This document shows, piece by piece, positions 1 to 10,166 of a stretch of 64,000 nucleotides of DNA. Every line of letters starts with the position of its first letter. The first letter of the stretch is position 1. The position numbers and the translations under genes were made by a program. This DNA is from a virus. A model generated the notes under the pieces. It had not been told where the DNA came from. It ran no database searches and was given only the letters and a program-made list of their open reading frames with translations. Where the stretch lies: positions 1-64,000 of the IMG/VR virus record IMGVR_UViG_3300038299_000097; one strand, given 5' to 3'.

Positions 1-2
1 AA

Positions 3-164
3 TTCACACTTACTTATCAAACCGCAGTAACGATAATCATTGCGTCTAGCTTGTGGAGGCACAGGCTAGATGATCAATTCATTTATCCATTTTCCGTACT
101 AATGTGTATGATAGGAATGCTGATGTGCACAGCTTACCGATTAGGCGCGAAAAATCAAAGATAA
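3..164 (+). CDS. 3' end of a small hydrophobic (membrane) protein, truncated by the window edge
   Basis: Open frame FTLTYQTAVTIIIASSLWRHRLDDQFIYPFSVLMCMIGMLMCTAYRLGAKNQR* with two hydrophobic segments. Confidence 0.45.
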   Translation, partial: FTLTYQTAVTIIIASSLWRHRLDDQFIYPFSVLMCMIGMLMCTAYRLGAKNQR

Positions 165-225
165 CCGATAACTGATCGAGCGTACCCGCTTCGATCCAGT
201 GGCTTGTTAGTCACTAAACCATATT

Positions 226-342
226 ATGATGATAAAAATACTAATAACAACAAGGAACGCCATTGAGTGGCTAATATGCAAGCTGGATGATAAAGCTTTG
301 ATAAACGAGGAACTGAGAAGACTTTCGATAGATCCAGACTAA
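226..342 (+). CDS. small hypothetical protein (38 aa)
   Basis: ATG 226 to TAA 342, MMIKILITTRNAIEWLICKLDDKALINEELRRLSIDPD; read by hand, below the ORF-track cutoff. Confidence 0.35.
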   Translation: MMIKILITTRNAIEWLICKLDDKALINEELRRLSIDPD

Positions 343-703
343 CACGTCATTCATCTATCGTCGGACAATAAACCTGTGAATAGAGTCGCGATTTCACGCA
401 AAATTTAACCAAACAAACAACAAATGAGTAATAATAAAGGCTCCGCGAAGAAATTACAAGCCGTGCTCAACACTTTTAAATAATTTAATGTAAATAGTTC
501 TTGTCATAATATTATTATGTGGTAAAACAAGTGCATTTAGATCTACCAATCCCACTAAAGATATACTGCATTCTAGACCCATTCCATCCAGATTTATATC
601 AGTCACAAGAACTCAGAAGTGGTGATATATTTAATAGTGATGTTGAATTATGCTTTTAGTGGTGTAGACAACACGGTGCTGATAATAAGTGGTACGAAAT
701 TAA

Positions 704-732
704 TTGACACCACGGAATTTTAACACTATCAT
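704..732 (+). promoter_or_regulatory. sigma70-type promoter, probably leaderless
   Basis: TTGACA(704)-N17-TATCAT(727), then 6 nt, then ATG 739. Confidence 0.7.
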
Positions 733-738
733 ACATAT

Positions 739-1830
739 ATGCTACAGATAGACAAATATTTAGGTATAGTTGGCGACCTCCACCTAGGTCAACATTCGGA
801 AGATCAATGGTACGACACCTATGATGATCTTCTCGAATGGATCGAAGCCAGTTTCCTAGGCAAGGTTAACACCATCATGTTCCTAGGCGACATCTTCGAC
901 GGTAAAACCAAAGGATGGGATCGTAAAGCTGATAAGAATATCAAAGGAATTGACTTCCGTATGCTTACATACGTATCAGAGTTCTTTGAGCGACTAGCCA
1001 AGAATTTCCATGTTGTGGCGTATGCAGGTAACCACTGTTGTTACTACAAGAATCGATGCGATGTATCTGGTTTATCTATGCTCAAGGGTAAGGATAATAT
1101 TACCATCGTAGAGAAACCAACCAGCTTCAGTGTTGGTACTAAAGATTACCGTATCGTCCCATGGGGTTATACAATCGATGAGGACACCACTGATGGGGAT
1201 TTCGTTGATGGTATTTTTGGTCACTTCGATATTCAATCGTTCAAGATGAATAACTTCAAAGAGTCCGACCACGGCTACAGTACTAAAGAGCTGTTTAAGC
1301 ACTGTGACACTGTCTGGACGGGTCACTACCACATGAGACAAGACCGTTCATACCAAAAGGGTGAGAAGCGCGTATTCTATGCAGGTAGCCCACTACAGTT
1401 AAGTTGGTCGGAGTCTGGCAAAGATAGCTACATCCACATTCTGGATCTTGAGAAGAACGATATCCACGAAGAGTTTGAGAATACCATTTCTCCTAAGTTT
1501 AAGAAAGTGGCAGCATCCAAGCTGTTGAAGGTTCCCGACGAATATAAGAAGGATGTACTCACCGTGGTGTGGGACATCGATAACAGTGAGGAGAACCAGA
1601 TTAAGGTTAGTAACACACTTGCGGTTCAAGAGGTATTGTCATTCAAAAACGATTATTCTAATGTATCTAACACATCAGACACCAACACCGTTGAGATTAA
1701 AGATCTGAATGATTCGGTAGATGATGAAGAAATCATTGACAAATATACCGATCTGATAGAGAACGTAGATGACAGCACAAAGGATGCTATCAATGATAAA
1801 GCAAAAGAATTTTTAAACAGAGTTAAATAA
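739..1830 (+). CDS. recombination endonuclease subunit, T4 gp47/SbcD/Mre11-like metallophosphoesterase
   Basis: GDLHLG, GDIFD, GNH, GHF, GHYH and YAGSP motifs. Confidence 0.85.
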   Translation: MLQIDKYLGIVGDLHLGQHSEDQWYDTYDDLLEWIEASFLGKVNTIMFLGDIFDGKTKGWDRKADKNIKGIDFRMLTYVSEFFERLAKNFHVVAYAGNHCCYYKNRCDVSGLSMLKGKDNITIVEKPTSFSVGTKDYRIVPWGYTIDEDTTDGDFVDGIFGHFDIQSFKMNNFKESDHGYSTKELFKHCDTVWTGHYHMRQDRSYQKGEKRVFYAGSPLQLSWSESGKDSYIHILDLEKNDIHEEFENTISPKFKKVAASKLLKVPDEYKKDVLTVVWDIDNSEENQIKVSNTLAVQEVLSFKNDYSNVSNTSDTNTVEIKDLNDSVDDEEIIDKYTDLIENVDDSTKDAINDKAKEFLNRVK

Positions 1831-1833
1831 TAT

Positions 1834-2037
1834 ATGGACACATCTACCCCAATGCTCATAAACGATTTGTGTACACTCCGAGGGGACAAAACCATACCCC
1901 CTCGGACGAGTATAAAAATCGGACACGCAATCGCTCGCCTTGCGGAACTGGACACCGAGAACCGAGAACTTAAATCCAAGTTAGGTTTAATCCACGCCGA
2001 GATCCTTAGACAGATGGATAGCACACATAAATATTAA
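1834..2037 (+). CDS. hypothetical protein
   Basis: 67-aa ORF tightly packed between neighbours. Confidence 0.55.
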   Translation: MDTSTPMLINDLCTLRGDKTIPPRTSIKIGHAIARLAELDTENRELKSKLGLIHAEILRQMDSTHKY

Positions 2038-2044
2038 GTTAAAT

Positions 2045-2515
2045 ATGAAAATAATCGAAGGAAGTATAACTGATAAAAAACTACTTGGACAGAACGGTAT
2101 CGACACAATCGCTCACGGTTGTAACATCCATTCAACAATGGGTGCGGGTGTAGCACTTTCTATCAAACACACCTTCCCAGTGGCTTATCAAGCAGATATT
2201 GATTTTCCTATTGAAGAATCTAAAAGACTGGGTAAGTACTCTGTAGGTGTTCATAAAGTTTGGGGTGATTATAATATAGAACCAATCAAGATTGTAAACC
2301 TATATCAACAAACACTAGGTGGTAAAACACCACTTCAAATTGATAAACTAGAAATGGCACTGACTTCGTTCGTGTCGCAAAATGTTTTCAATAAAATAGC
2401 TTTACCTTGGCAGATCGGTTGTGGTCTCGCAGGTGGGGATTTTTCAGTGGTGAAACCGATGATAGAAAAAATACTAGAACCATACGATGCAGTATGGATT
2501 AAATTTAATGGCTAA
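2045..2515 (+). CDS. macrodomain protein (ADP-ribose processing; T4 Tk.4/DarG/TARG1-like)
   Basis: IAHGCN..MGAGVA and IGCGLAGG macrodomain motifs. Confidence 0.85.
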   Translation: MKIIEGSITDKKLLGQNGIDTIAHGCNIHSTMGAGVALSIKHTFPVAYQADIDFPIEESKRLGKYSVGVHKVWGDYNIEPIKIVNLYQQTLGGKTPLQIDKLEMALTSFVSQNVFNKIALPWQIGCGLAGGDFSVVKPMIEKILEPYDAVWIKFNG

Positions 2516-3737
2516 ACGAAAACTAAAATTCAATAAAAGGACTGAACAGGGTAAGTTCACCAGTAAACCACAACCTCCTAAGCCTAAAACCATGTTGATG
2601 TATCCCTCTGGGATTGCTGATGGTTGTACGGCGTGGCGGTTTGATTGGGTCAAGACTGCTATGAACTACTCAAAGCAAGCACAGGTTCAGATGACCAACG
2701 TGTCACAGGCTCTGTTTACTGATTCACCAAAGGGTGGTAAGATCATTAGTCAAATTTATCTACAGACTGATGCTGTGGTGTTACAGAGACCTGTACACCC
2801 ACAGATGACTAAGAAGGTTGAGCACTATAACATTGTTCAGCGTAAAATTAAAGAGAACGGTAGAGATCCGTTCAGACTTATCATCGATGTTGATGATGTC
2901 ATTCATGGTGATCATATCGCAAAGTTCAATGCCGCTCGTGATGGGTATGCAGACAATAAGAGATTTGAGACATTTTCCGAAATTGTCAAACGTAGTGATG
3001 AACTACATGTTTGCTCTAAAGCTATGGCTGAATTTTATAAGGAGGAAACAGGATTTGAGAGGGTATTATACCGCCCAAACCTAATGCCCAAATACCTGTT
3101 TGATGTATTCTATAATAAGGACATACTACAGGAACGCTACGAACGCCACAAGTCCAAACCACGGGTTATATGGGCAGGGTCTGCCACACATGTTGACATC
3201 AGAAACAAGGATAATGGTAATGATGACTTTACCAAGATTGAGAAGTTTGTAAAATCTACACTAGACAAGTACCAATGGGTGTTCGTAGGTGCTGCCCCAA
3301 ACTGGCTCAAATCTGAGGTGGATTCTGGCAAGGTAGAATTTTACCCATGGATGTCTATAATGGACTACCCTAAGAAGATCTGGGATTTGGAACCTACCAT
3401 CATTTTCGCACCACTTGCTGACAACACATTTAATATTTGTAAGTCGAATATTAAATTGACTGAAGTTGGTGCTATGGGTATTGCAGGGGTATTCCAAGAT
3501 CTTGAACCCTATAAAGAAGCACCGCTCAAGTTTAATACTGGTGATGAATTAGGTGATCAATTCGATTATCTATTGCAAAGCTGGGAAAACTATGCTAAGG
3601 TCTCTGACGAGATGAGGTCTATAAGTCAAAATTATTTCCTAGAGGATAATTTCGATCTGTTGAAAGCATCATACTTTACACATTGGGGTTCTAAGGAGAG
3701 AGCTGCCATGTCCAATAAATTAATCGAAATACAATAA
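2508..3737 (+). CDS. GT-B fold glycosyltransferase
   Basis: GCxxWR, DVDD, IWAGSATH..D and APLADN.FN..KSNIK..E motifs; start moved to ATG 2508, which overlaps the upstream stop. Confidence 0.75.
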   Translation: MAKRKLKFNKRTEQGKFTSKPQPPKPKTMLMYPSGIADGCTAWRFDWVKTAMNYSKQAQVQMTNVSQALFTDSPKGGKIISQIYLQTDAVVLQRPVHPQMTKKVEHYNIVQRKIKENGRDPFRLIIDVDDVIHGDHIAKFNAARDGYADNKRFETFSEIVKRSDELHVCSKAMAEFYKEETGFERVLYRPNLMPKYLFDVFYNKDILQERYERHKSKPRVIWAGSATHVDIRNKDNGNDDFTKIEKFVKSTLDKYQWVFVGAAPNWLKSEVDSGKVEFYPWMSIMDYPKKIWDLEPTIIFAPLADNTFNICKSNIKLTEVGAMGIAGVFQDLEPYKEAPLKFNTGDELGDQFDYLLQSWENYAKVSDEMRSISQNYFLEDNFDLLKASYFTHWGSKERAAMSNKLIEIQ

Positions 3738-3934
3738 TGTTTGAAGCAAAGGAAAACGCAACCCATGCGATGGGTGTATCGGACACACCACCACTACTAC
3801 CCGAAGGGTGGTTTTGGGAGGATGTCACTTATAAATGCGACCCGTTCAAAGTACACCTACCATCTGGTGTGATCGAAAAGGGGTTGTGTCTGGTATGTAC
3901 CAAGACACCACAAACAGAATTCAAATTTCTATAA
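3737..3934 (+). CDS. hypothetical protein
   Basis: 65-aa ORF translationally coupled (TAATG). Confidence 0.55.
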   Translation: MFEAKENATHAMGVSDTPPLLPEGWFWEDVTYKCDPFKVHLPSGVIEKGLCLVCTKTPQTEFKFL

Positions 3935-3937
3935 CAC

Positions 3938-6550
3938 ATGTGGAGATATTGTCATTATGACACCCGAAAGTCTGTCATAAAGGAATACACTTGGAATGGC
4001 GAAGGCGAGAGAGTCACTCTTTCAACACCATTCAAGCCATTCCTTATGTTAGAATGCGAAGGTGATCAAAAAACGCCATTCCAGTCCATCTACGGTACGT
4101 CATTGTATCGTAAAGATTTCACGAACAGTTATGCTCGGTGGAAGTTTGTTGATGACTACGAAGGTAGACTATTTTTCAACCTATCACCAGAGCAGCAATA
4201 CCTCATTGGTAAATATCGCAAGGTTGATCGGGCTAAATTCACAGAGAATCCTATCAGAACATTCTTTCTGGATATCGAGGCACCTTCCAAGAAGGAATTC
4301 CCGAAGCCAGAGGATGCGAACTATGAGATAGATCTTCTAACAATTTTTGATACACTTGATGGTAAATATCACATGTGGGGTAAGCGACCTTATGAAGCTA
4401 CTAAGCTTGATGAGATCATGGACAAGCTTATTGACGGTGATGAGAATTCAAGTTTCCACCGTGTAACCAAAGATGACATTGTTTATAATGAGATCTTTGA
4501 TGAAGTCGAGCGCATGGAGCACTTCCTAACATTCTGGGAGGCTAACACTCCAGACATTTACACAGGGTGGAACATTGATGGCTTTGATACACCATACATC
4601 ATCAACAGAATTCGTAAGATCATCGATCCAAAGGCACACTTGCGCCTAAGCCCAGTGGGTGAGGTTAAAATCAAGGATGCATTCGACGATTTCGGCAACC
4701 CACGTATTGAGTATAAAATCGTAGGTGTAAACTGTATGGATTACATGCAAGTGTTCAAAGTGTTCACGCTCAATGCTGAGAAACCATCTTGGAAGCTCGA
4801 TGACATAGCCACAGGCGAGCTTGGGTGTGGTAAGGTGGAATACGAACAAGGAAACCTAGCCGACCTCTCTGAGCAGGACTGGGAGACTTACAGCGCATAT
4901 AACATTGTTGACGTAGCTCTACTTGTATCACTCGATAAGAAGCGAGATTTCCTCAACATTGGAAGACGTTCAGCATACGAAGGATTTTCCAACATCACCG
5001 ACTGTCTTGGTAAAATTGTAACCATCACTGGTTCCATCGCCAAATCAGCCCTTGATAAGGGTAAAGTGTTAGAGACTAAGAAGCGTTCGGAGCCTATCAG
5101 TTTCGAAGGTGGTTATGTTACCGAACCCGAAAAGGCAATCAAGACCAACATAGCAACATACGATATCACATCACTATATCCAACAATCATGATGGCTCTG
5201 GGTACGTCCCTAGAGACCAAGATTGGTAAGATTATACAGCACGATGGAGACTATATAATGTTCGAACTACATAACAAGATGCACCGAAAGCATAAGGACA
5301 ACTTTACCGATTTTCTTAAGGAGAACCAGTATTGTATATCTGCTGCTGATATTATTTTCGACCAGAAGATTGACGGCGTGGTTAATGACTTTGTTAGAGT
5401 ACAGTTCAACAACAAATCAAACTATAAGATTCTTGAGAAGCAAGCGATTGCCGATGGTGATGAAGAGAAGGCTAAAGAGTATCATAACCTAGGGCAGATC
5501 ACTAAGATCTTCTTGAACTCATGTTATGGTGTTATATCAGCCACCACCAGCTCACTGTTCGATCTAGACTTGGCAAGATCCATTACACTAACTGGTCAGA
5601 AGGTTATTAAACTAGCAGCATCTCTAGCAAATGAGTTCTCAGTTAAAACATTCGGTTGTAAAGAAGACATTGTTATTGGCGGTGATACAGACTCAATCTT
5701 CTGTGACTTTACAGAAATCATCAACATCAAAGGCAAGAGTATGTTTACCGACGAGGGTATTAGTGAGTTTGGAAACACTCTTTGTAAGGTATTTGAAATC
5801 GTTTTGAACGATGGTGTTAACGATATGGCTCGTAATGAACTATGTTGTAAAAGCCCTACGTTTAACTTCGAGCGCGAGAAGGCGGCAGAGACTGCGTTAT
5901 TCTTTGGTAAGAAGCAATATGCCTACTATGTAAAAAACAACGAAGGTCGTGATTTACCAGAGTCTAAGCGAATGAAGTATACGGGTCTTAAGGTTATTAA
6001 GAGCGAGTATTCACCACTACTGAAGAGATTCATGAATGAGGTGTATAGAGAGACTTTATCAAAGTTCCTCACCCTAGGTTCTGCCGAATGTCGTAAGCAC
6101 ATTAACGAGTTGGTCAAAAGTCATAAGGTTGAATTCTACAACGCTACATTCTTCGATGTGTCTAAACGTTCACGAGCTAACAACTTCCTCAAATGGGAGC
6201 CAATGTTCGAGAGCCGTTACCAACACGGTCTCAAATGCCCTGTACAGGTCAAATCAAGTGTAGTCTATAACAGACTGGTAGAGGATTTGAATCTACGTGG
6301 CAAGTGTGTACCAATTTCGAGCGGTGAGAAAATCATGTGGGCATATACAAAACCCAACCAGTATGGTATACTAGCGTGTGCAGGTACTGATGGTAGAATA
6401 CCCGAAGAATTTGGTATCGAAGTTGATTACGACATACAATGGGAGAAGTTATATCTCAGAGTTATATACCAACTATTCGAAACCATTGGTTGGGTGTTCC
6501 CTAACCTATACCACTCAGAGATGGTAGATCTCGATGACTTATTCTCATGA
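3938..6550 (+). CDS. family B DNA polymerase (T4 gp43-like)
   Basis: Exonuclease motifs LDIE, GWNIDGFD, YNIVD; polymerase motifs DITSLYP, KIFLNSCYG, GDTDS; C-terminal clamp-binding-like LDDLF. Confidence 0.95.
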   Translation: MWRYCHYDTRKSVIKEYTWNGEGERVTLSTPFKPFLMLECEGDQKTPFQSIYGTSLYRKDFTNSYARWKFVDDYEGRLFFNLSPEQQYLIGKYRKVDRAKFTENPIRTFFLDIEAPSKKEFPKPEDANYEIDLLTIFDTLDGKYHMWGKRPYEATKLDEIMDKLIDGDENSSFHRVTKDDIVYNEIFDEVERMEHFLTFWEANTPDIYTGWNIDGFDTPYIINRIRKIIDPKAHLRLSPVGEVKIKDAFDDFGNPRIEYKIVGVNCMDYMQVFKVFTLNAEKPSWKLDDIATGELGCGKVEYEQGNLADLSEQDWETYSAYNIVDVALLVSLDKKRDFLNIGRRSAYEGFSNITDCLGKIVTITGSIAKSALDKGKVLETKKRSEPISFEGGYVTEPEKAIKTNIATYDITSLYPTIMMALGTSLETKIGKIIQHDGDYIMFELHNKMHRKHKDNFTDFLKENQYCISAADIIFDQKIDGVVNDFVRVQFNNKSNYKILEKQAIADGDEEKAKEYHNLGQITKIFLNSCYGVISATTSSLFDLDLARSITLTGQKVIKLAASLANEFSVKTFGCKEDIVIGGDTDSIFCDFTEIINIKGKSMFTDEGISEFGNTLCKVFEIVLNDGVNDMARNELCCKSPTFNFEREKAAETALFFGKKQYAYYVKNNEGRDLPESKRMKYTGLKVIKSEYSPLLKRFMNEVYRETLSKFLTLGSAECRKHINELVKSHKVEFYNATFFDVSKRSRANNFLKWEPMFESRYQHGLKCPVQVKSSVVYNRLVEDLNLRGKCVPISSGEKIMWAYTKPNQYGILACAGTDGRIPEEFGIEVDYDIQWEKLYLRVIYQLFETIGWVFPNLYHSEMVDLDDLFS

Positions 6551-7074
6551 TTAATATATTTATAGACATGGATGGTACCATCTGTGATTACAAAGGCGCA
6601 TATGAAGCAGAGGTGTCTGAGTCAAACCCCTACCCTCAAAGTAGGGTGGGGTTCTTCACAGATCTCAATATATTCGATGGTGCTAAACAGGCTATATTGG
6701 AGTTGGATAGTAATTCGGATTATAAGGTATGGTTTTTAACTAGACCTAGTTATATGAATTTACATTGTTACTCTGAGAAGGCTCAGTGGGTTAAAACCCA
6801 TTTCGGCCAAGATTGGGTATCCCGACTTATTTTATGTCCCGAAAAGTCATTAGTTGGTAAGAGTGAACGTGATATTCTTATTGATGACAATGGTGATGAC
6901 GGACAGCCCGAGTTTATTGGTACATGGACACGATACACGGGACAGGATTGGTATAATTATACCGAGTGGGTATTATGTAAGTGTTATTGTGACGATGGTG
7001 TGTATACCGACATTGAGGGCTATGAACAGCTATGCTCAAGATGTCGGGGTGGTGGTAAGTGTAATAATATTTAA
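6547..7074 (+). CDS. 5'(3')-deoxyribonucleotidase (HAD/NT5C family) with a C-terminal Cys-rich extension
   Basis: IFIDMDGTICD, FLT.P, EK..W and LIDD motifs; tail C.CxC...CSRCRGGG. Confidence 0.8.
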   Translation: MINIFIDMDGTICDYKGAYEAEVSESNPYPQSRVGFFTDLNIFDGAKQAILELDSNSDYKVWFLTRPSYMNLHCYSEKAQWVKTHFGQDWVSRLILCPEKSLVGKSERDILIDDNGDDGQPEFIGTWTRYTGQDWYNYTEWVLCKCYCDDGVYTDIEGYEQLCSRCRGGGKCNNI

Positions 7075-7120
7075 TTCATTTTACCTATTGACCCCACCAA
7101 AACGGTGGGTAAGTAATAGT

Positions 7121-7477
7121 ATGGATGTTAAAATATTTCAAAGCCAGAACTTGGGCTTCATTGTAGCTGAACTGGACGAGTCAGCAGTTAGCGAAGATTC
7201 ATTCTTCGTAATCAACCCACGCATCGTACAGATGTATGTAATCCCAGCCGCGCAAAACGGTGGGGAGAGTCAACTTTCACTTCAACTTATGCCAGTGGTA
7301 TACCGTGAAGTGCTTTCTGGTACCCTGTATAAGACCGAACTTCAAAAGAATCAATACACTGATGTTACCGACCAGTTTGCCGAAGATATCGTAGATATGT
7401 ACATTCGTACAGAAGGACGTGTTAAGGACGAAGTACCAGAGGGTGACGAACTTGACCAAATTGATCTTTTCCAGTAA
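7121..7477 (+). CDS. hypothetical protein (possible Sm-like fold) ending in QIDLFQ
   Basis: Start reassigned to ATG 7121, which follows TTGACC-N16-TAAGTA-N5. Confidence 0.6.
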   Translation: MDVKIFQSQNLGFIVAELDESAVSEDSFFVINPRIVQMYVIPAAQNGGESQLSLQLMPVVYREVLSGTLYKTELQKNQYTDVTDQFAEDIVDMYIRTEGRVKDEVPEGDELDQIDLFQ

Positions 7478-7482
7478 TAGTA

Positions 7483-8622
7483 ATGGCTGCTAAGAAGAAA
7501 AACAAACTTGCCCTTCTAAAGGCCAAGTTGGCCGCTAGTGATACACTCAAACACACCGCTTTTGTTGATCAGTCAACATTCTTCGTGGATGAGTTTTATG
7601 ACACCGCAATCCCAGCACTAAACATCGCACTGTCTGCTAGACTTGACGGGGGATTTTCGAGAGGTTCTACACTCATTGCTGGTGACTCACAAACTTTCAA
7701 GACTATGTTCATGCTTACCATGGCAAAGTCTTATATGGATTCCAACCCAGATGCAATCTTCGTATTCTACGATGTTGAGTTTGGTACTAACAGTGATAGT
7801 TTCCAATCGGTGGGTATCGATACAAGCCGTGTTATGCACAAACCACTAACAAACGTTGACCAACTCACTCACGACATCTCGGTTCTCCTTGATGATCTAG
7901 ATGAATCGGACGAAGTTTTTATAGGTATCGACTCCCTTGGTGCAATTGCATCTAAAAAGGAGCAGGATGATGCTCTGGCAGGTAGTGATAAGGCTGACAT
8001 GACGCGAGCTAAGAAGATTACATCTTTCTGGCGTATTGTCAATCCTTACCTAAATATTCTTAAAATCCCAATGGTGGCTGTAGGTCAGACATACGAGACA
8101 CAGGAGTTCATCTCCAAGACAGTGATCAAAGGTGGTAAGGGTAATGAATACTTCCCTAACAACACTTGGCTCATCACTAAAGCTCAAGTCAAGTCCAAGG
8201 ACAAGAAGACGTTCCTAGGCTCATTATTCAACGTGAATGTTTACAAGGGTCGTTTGACTCGTGCTAAATCCAAATTCCCTATCCGAGTAACTTTCGAAGA
8301 GGGTATCGATAAATTCTCTGCACTTATGGACATCGGACTAGATCTAGGTTTCATTAAGAAGGGTAAGATCAGTCGATCCCATTCTTACTACCCAGTAGAC
8401 AACCCAAGTCTTGAGTGTCTACTAGAGCAATCATCCTGCATTGAATTCTGGGGTGATCTACTAAAGAACCAAGATTTTAAGGATGCAATTTATAACCGTT
8501 ACTCACTAGGTTCCTTAGAGAAGGTACAGTCAACTGGGGAGGTTATTGAAGATGGTTATGATGTCAATGTAGACGCTGAAACCGAAGATGTTTCGGTGGA
8601 AGACTTCATGGCAACAGAATAG
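7483..8622 (+). CDS. uvsX: RecA-like recombinase (UvsX)
   Basis: LNIALS..LDGG, GDSQTFKT Walker A, FYDVEFG, IDSLG, KADMTRAK. Confidence 0.92.
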   Translation: MAAKKKNKLALLKAKLAASDTLKHTAFVDQSTFFVDEFYDTAIPALNIALSARLDGGFSRGSTLIAGDSQTFKTMFMLTMAKSYMDSNPDAIFVFYDVEFGTNSDSFQSVGIDTSRVMHKPLTNVDQLTHDISVLLDDLDESDEVFIGIDSLGAIASKKEQDDALAGSDKADMTRAKKITSFWRIVNPYLNILKIPMVAVGQTYETQEFISKTVIKGGKGNEYFPNNTWLITKAQVKSKDKKTFLGSLFNVNVYKGRLTRAKSKFPIRVTFEEGIDKFSALMDIGLDLGFIKKGKISRSHSYYPVDNPSLECLLEQSSCIEFWGDLLKNQDFKDAIYNRYSLGSLEKVQSTGEVIEDGYDVNVDAETEDVSVEDFMATE

Positions 8623-8639
8623 ATTTACACCTTAATGCA

Positions 8640-8667
8640 TTGACAATACCTGTCAATGTGGTAAGCT
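8640..8667 (+). promoter_or_regulatory. sigma70-type promoter overlapped by an inverted repeat, probably leaderless
   Basis: TTGACA-N16-TAAGCT-N6-GTG; CATTGACA-N5-TGTCAATG inverted repeat. Confidence 0.6.
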
Positions 8668-8673
8668 CTGCTT

Positions 8674-10125
8674 GTGGAGAAGAAACTAGACCTAAACTAC
8701 CTCGAAGACGTTATAACATTCTCATGTTTGCGTGGTAATGATCGTGAGATCATATGCCCAACTGTCATCGAGCACGTAAACGAACATACATTTCTGAGAG
8801 AGAGCAACAAGATGGTGATGGATATCGCCAGAGATTTCTATATAGAACATAGTAAGATACCTACGGTATCCGAAATGAAAATTTTTGTAGAGGACACACC
8901 TACAGCTATCGAACATTTTAAGGAGTTCCTTAGAATGTGTAAGTCGTTCGCGACAAATCTTGACATCGAGAGAATGCTGCTTCTTCGTTATATCGAAGAG
9001 TTCCTTAAACAACGTCTTATGACAGGTGTCCTAGCCGATGCATTTATAGCACAGACGGCTGATAAAGAGTTGGATATGTCAGAGATGCAGAAACGCATTG
9101 ATGAAGCCATGGGTATTTACCTAATGGATGATATTGGTCTACGGCTTTTTGACGACCATGAAGAGTATATGGAGAAACTCCTTAATGAGGAGACTCGTAT
9201 TTCTACAGGTTGGAAATGGCTTGATGAACAACTTGGGGGTGGTTTACTAGCATCTGGTTCTGTGATGTACCAGTTCTGTGCAGCCTCCAACATTGGTAAG
9301 TCTAACTTCATCAAGTCCATGGCTAGTAATATGTCTAAACAGGGCAAGAACGTACTCGTAGTATCCCTAGAAATGCCTCGATTTATATACGCTAATAGAT
9401 TCGTTGCTGAGATGGCTGACGTTCCTATTGGACAACTGAAGGAACATGCTGATGATATTGGGGACTTCCTCCGTGGTGCCAAATCTAAAGGGTATGGTGA
9501 TATACTTATTAAGGACTTTGCTACTGGTTCTATAACACCACAGGGGTTGCTTTCATTTATTAAGAGAGCACAAAATACTTTAGATATAAAATTTGATGCT
9601 GTATTTATAGATTACCCAGAACTACTTAAACCTAGTAAGCAATATTCTGGGAGACATGATTTGACTATCGCCCAGCAATATATTGAAACACGGGCTATTT
9701 CATTCATGATAGAGGCACCTATTGTATCGGTAGCTCAGTTGAACCGCGATGCGTATGGTAAAGATGTACCAACAATGTCAAACATCGGTGGTGCTATTGG
9801 TATTATACAATGTTCTGATTTTGGGGGGTTTCTTTATGCAACCGACGAGATGAAGTCTACTAACCAGATTGGTCTAACCATTGCTAAGAGTCGATTTGGT
9901 CCTGTAAATAAGATTCATATGTACCAAGTTTGTGATAGGACACTTACGATAACCGAATCATCAACCGACTTTACTATATCACCAGACCAAATAGAACCAG
10001 AGACTAGTTATCTAATATCTGAAGATGAAAAGGTCGGATTTGAAGACATGTTTGATGTGGATGCCGATGTGGATGAAACAGAAACCAGTGGTATTGATGT
10101 AGATAAGATTCTTGACGATGATTAA
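8674..10125 (+). CDS. replicative DnaB-family helicase (T4 gp41-like)
   Basis: STGWKWLD..LGGG, AASNIGKS Walker A, SLEM, FIDY, AQLNR, KSRFG. Confidence 0.92.
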   Translation: MEKKLDLNYLEDVITFSCLRGNDREIICPTVIEHVNEHTFLRESNKMVMDIARDFYIEHSKIPTVSEMKIFVEDTPTAIEHFKEFLRMCKSFATNLDIERMLLLRYIEEFLKQRLMTGVLADAFIAQTADKELDMSEMQKRIDEAMGIYLMDDIGLRLFDDHEEYMEKLLNEETRISTGWKWLDEQLGGGLLASGSVMYQFCAASNIGKSNFIKSMASNMSKQGKNVLVVSLEMPRFIYANRFVAEMADVPIGQLKEHADDIGDFLRGAKSKGYGDILIKDFATGSITPQGLLSFIKRAQNTLDIKFDAVFIDYPELLKPSKQYSGRHDLTIAQQYIETRAISFMIEAPIVSVAQLNRDAYGKDVPTMSNIGGAIGIIQCSDFGGFLYATDEMKSTNQIGLTIAKSRFGPVNKIHMYQVCDRTLTITESSTDFTISPDQIEPETSYLISEDEKVGFEDMFDVDADVDETETSGIDVDKILDDD

Positions 10126-10166
10126 ATATATTCTTGACATTAGTGTATAAGTGTATAAGTATTTTG

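Noticed and set aside
1-420. tmRNA (TAAACCTGTGAA resembles a tmRNA 3' segment)
   Set aside because: No T arm, acceptor or CCA end and no convincing tag ORF; the region is explained by small ORFs.
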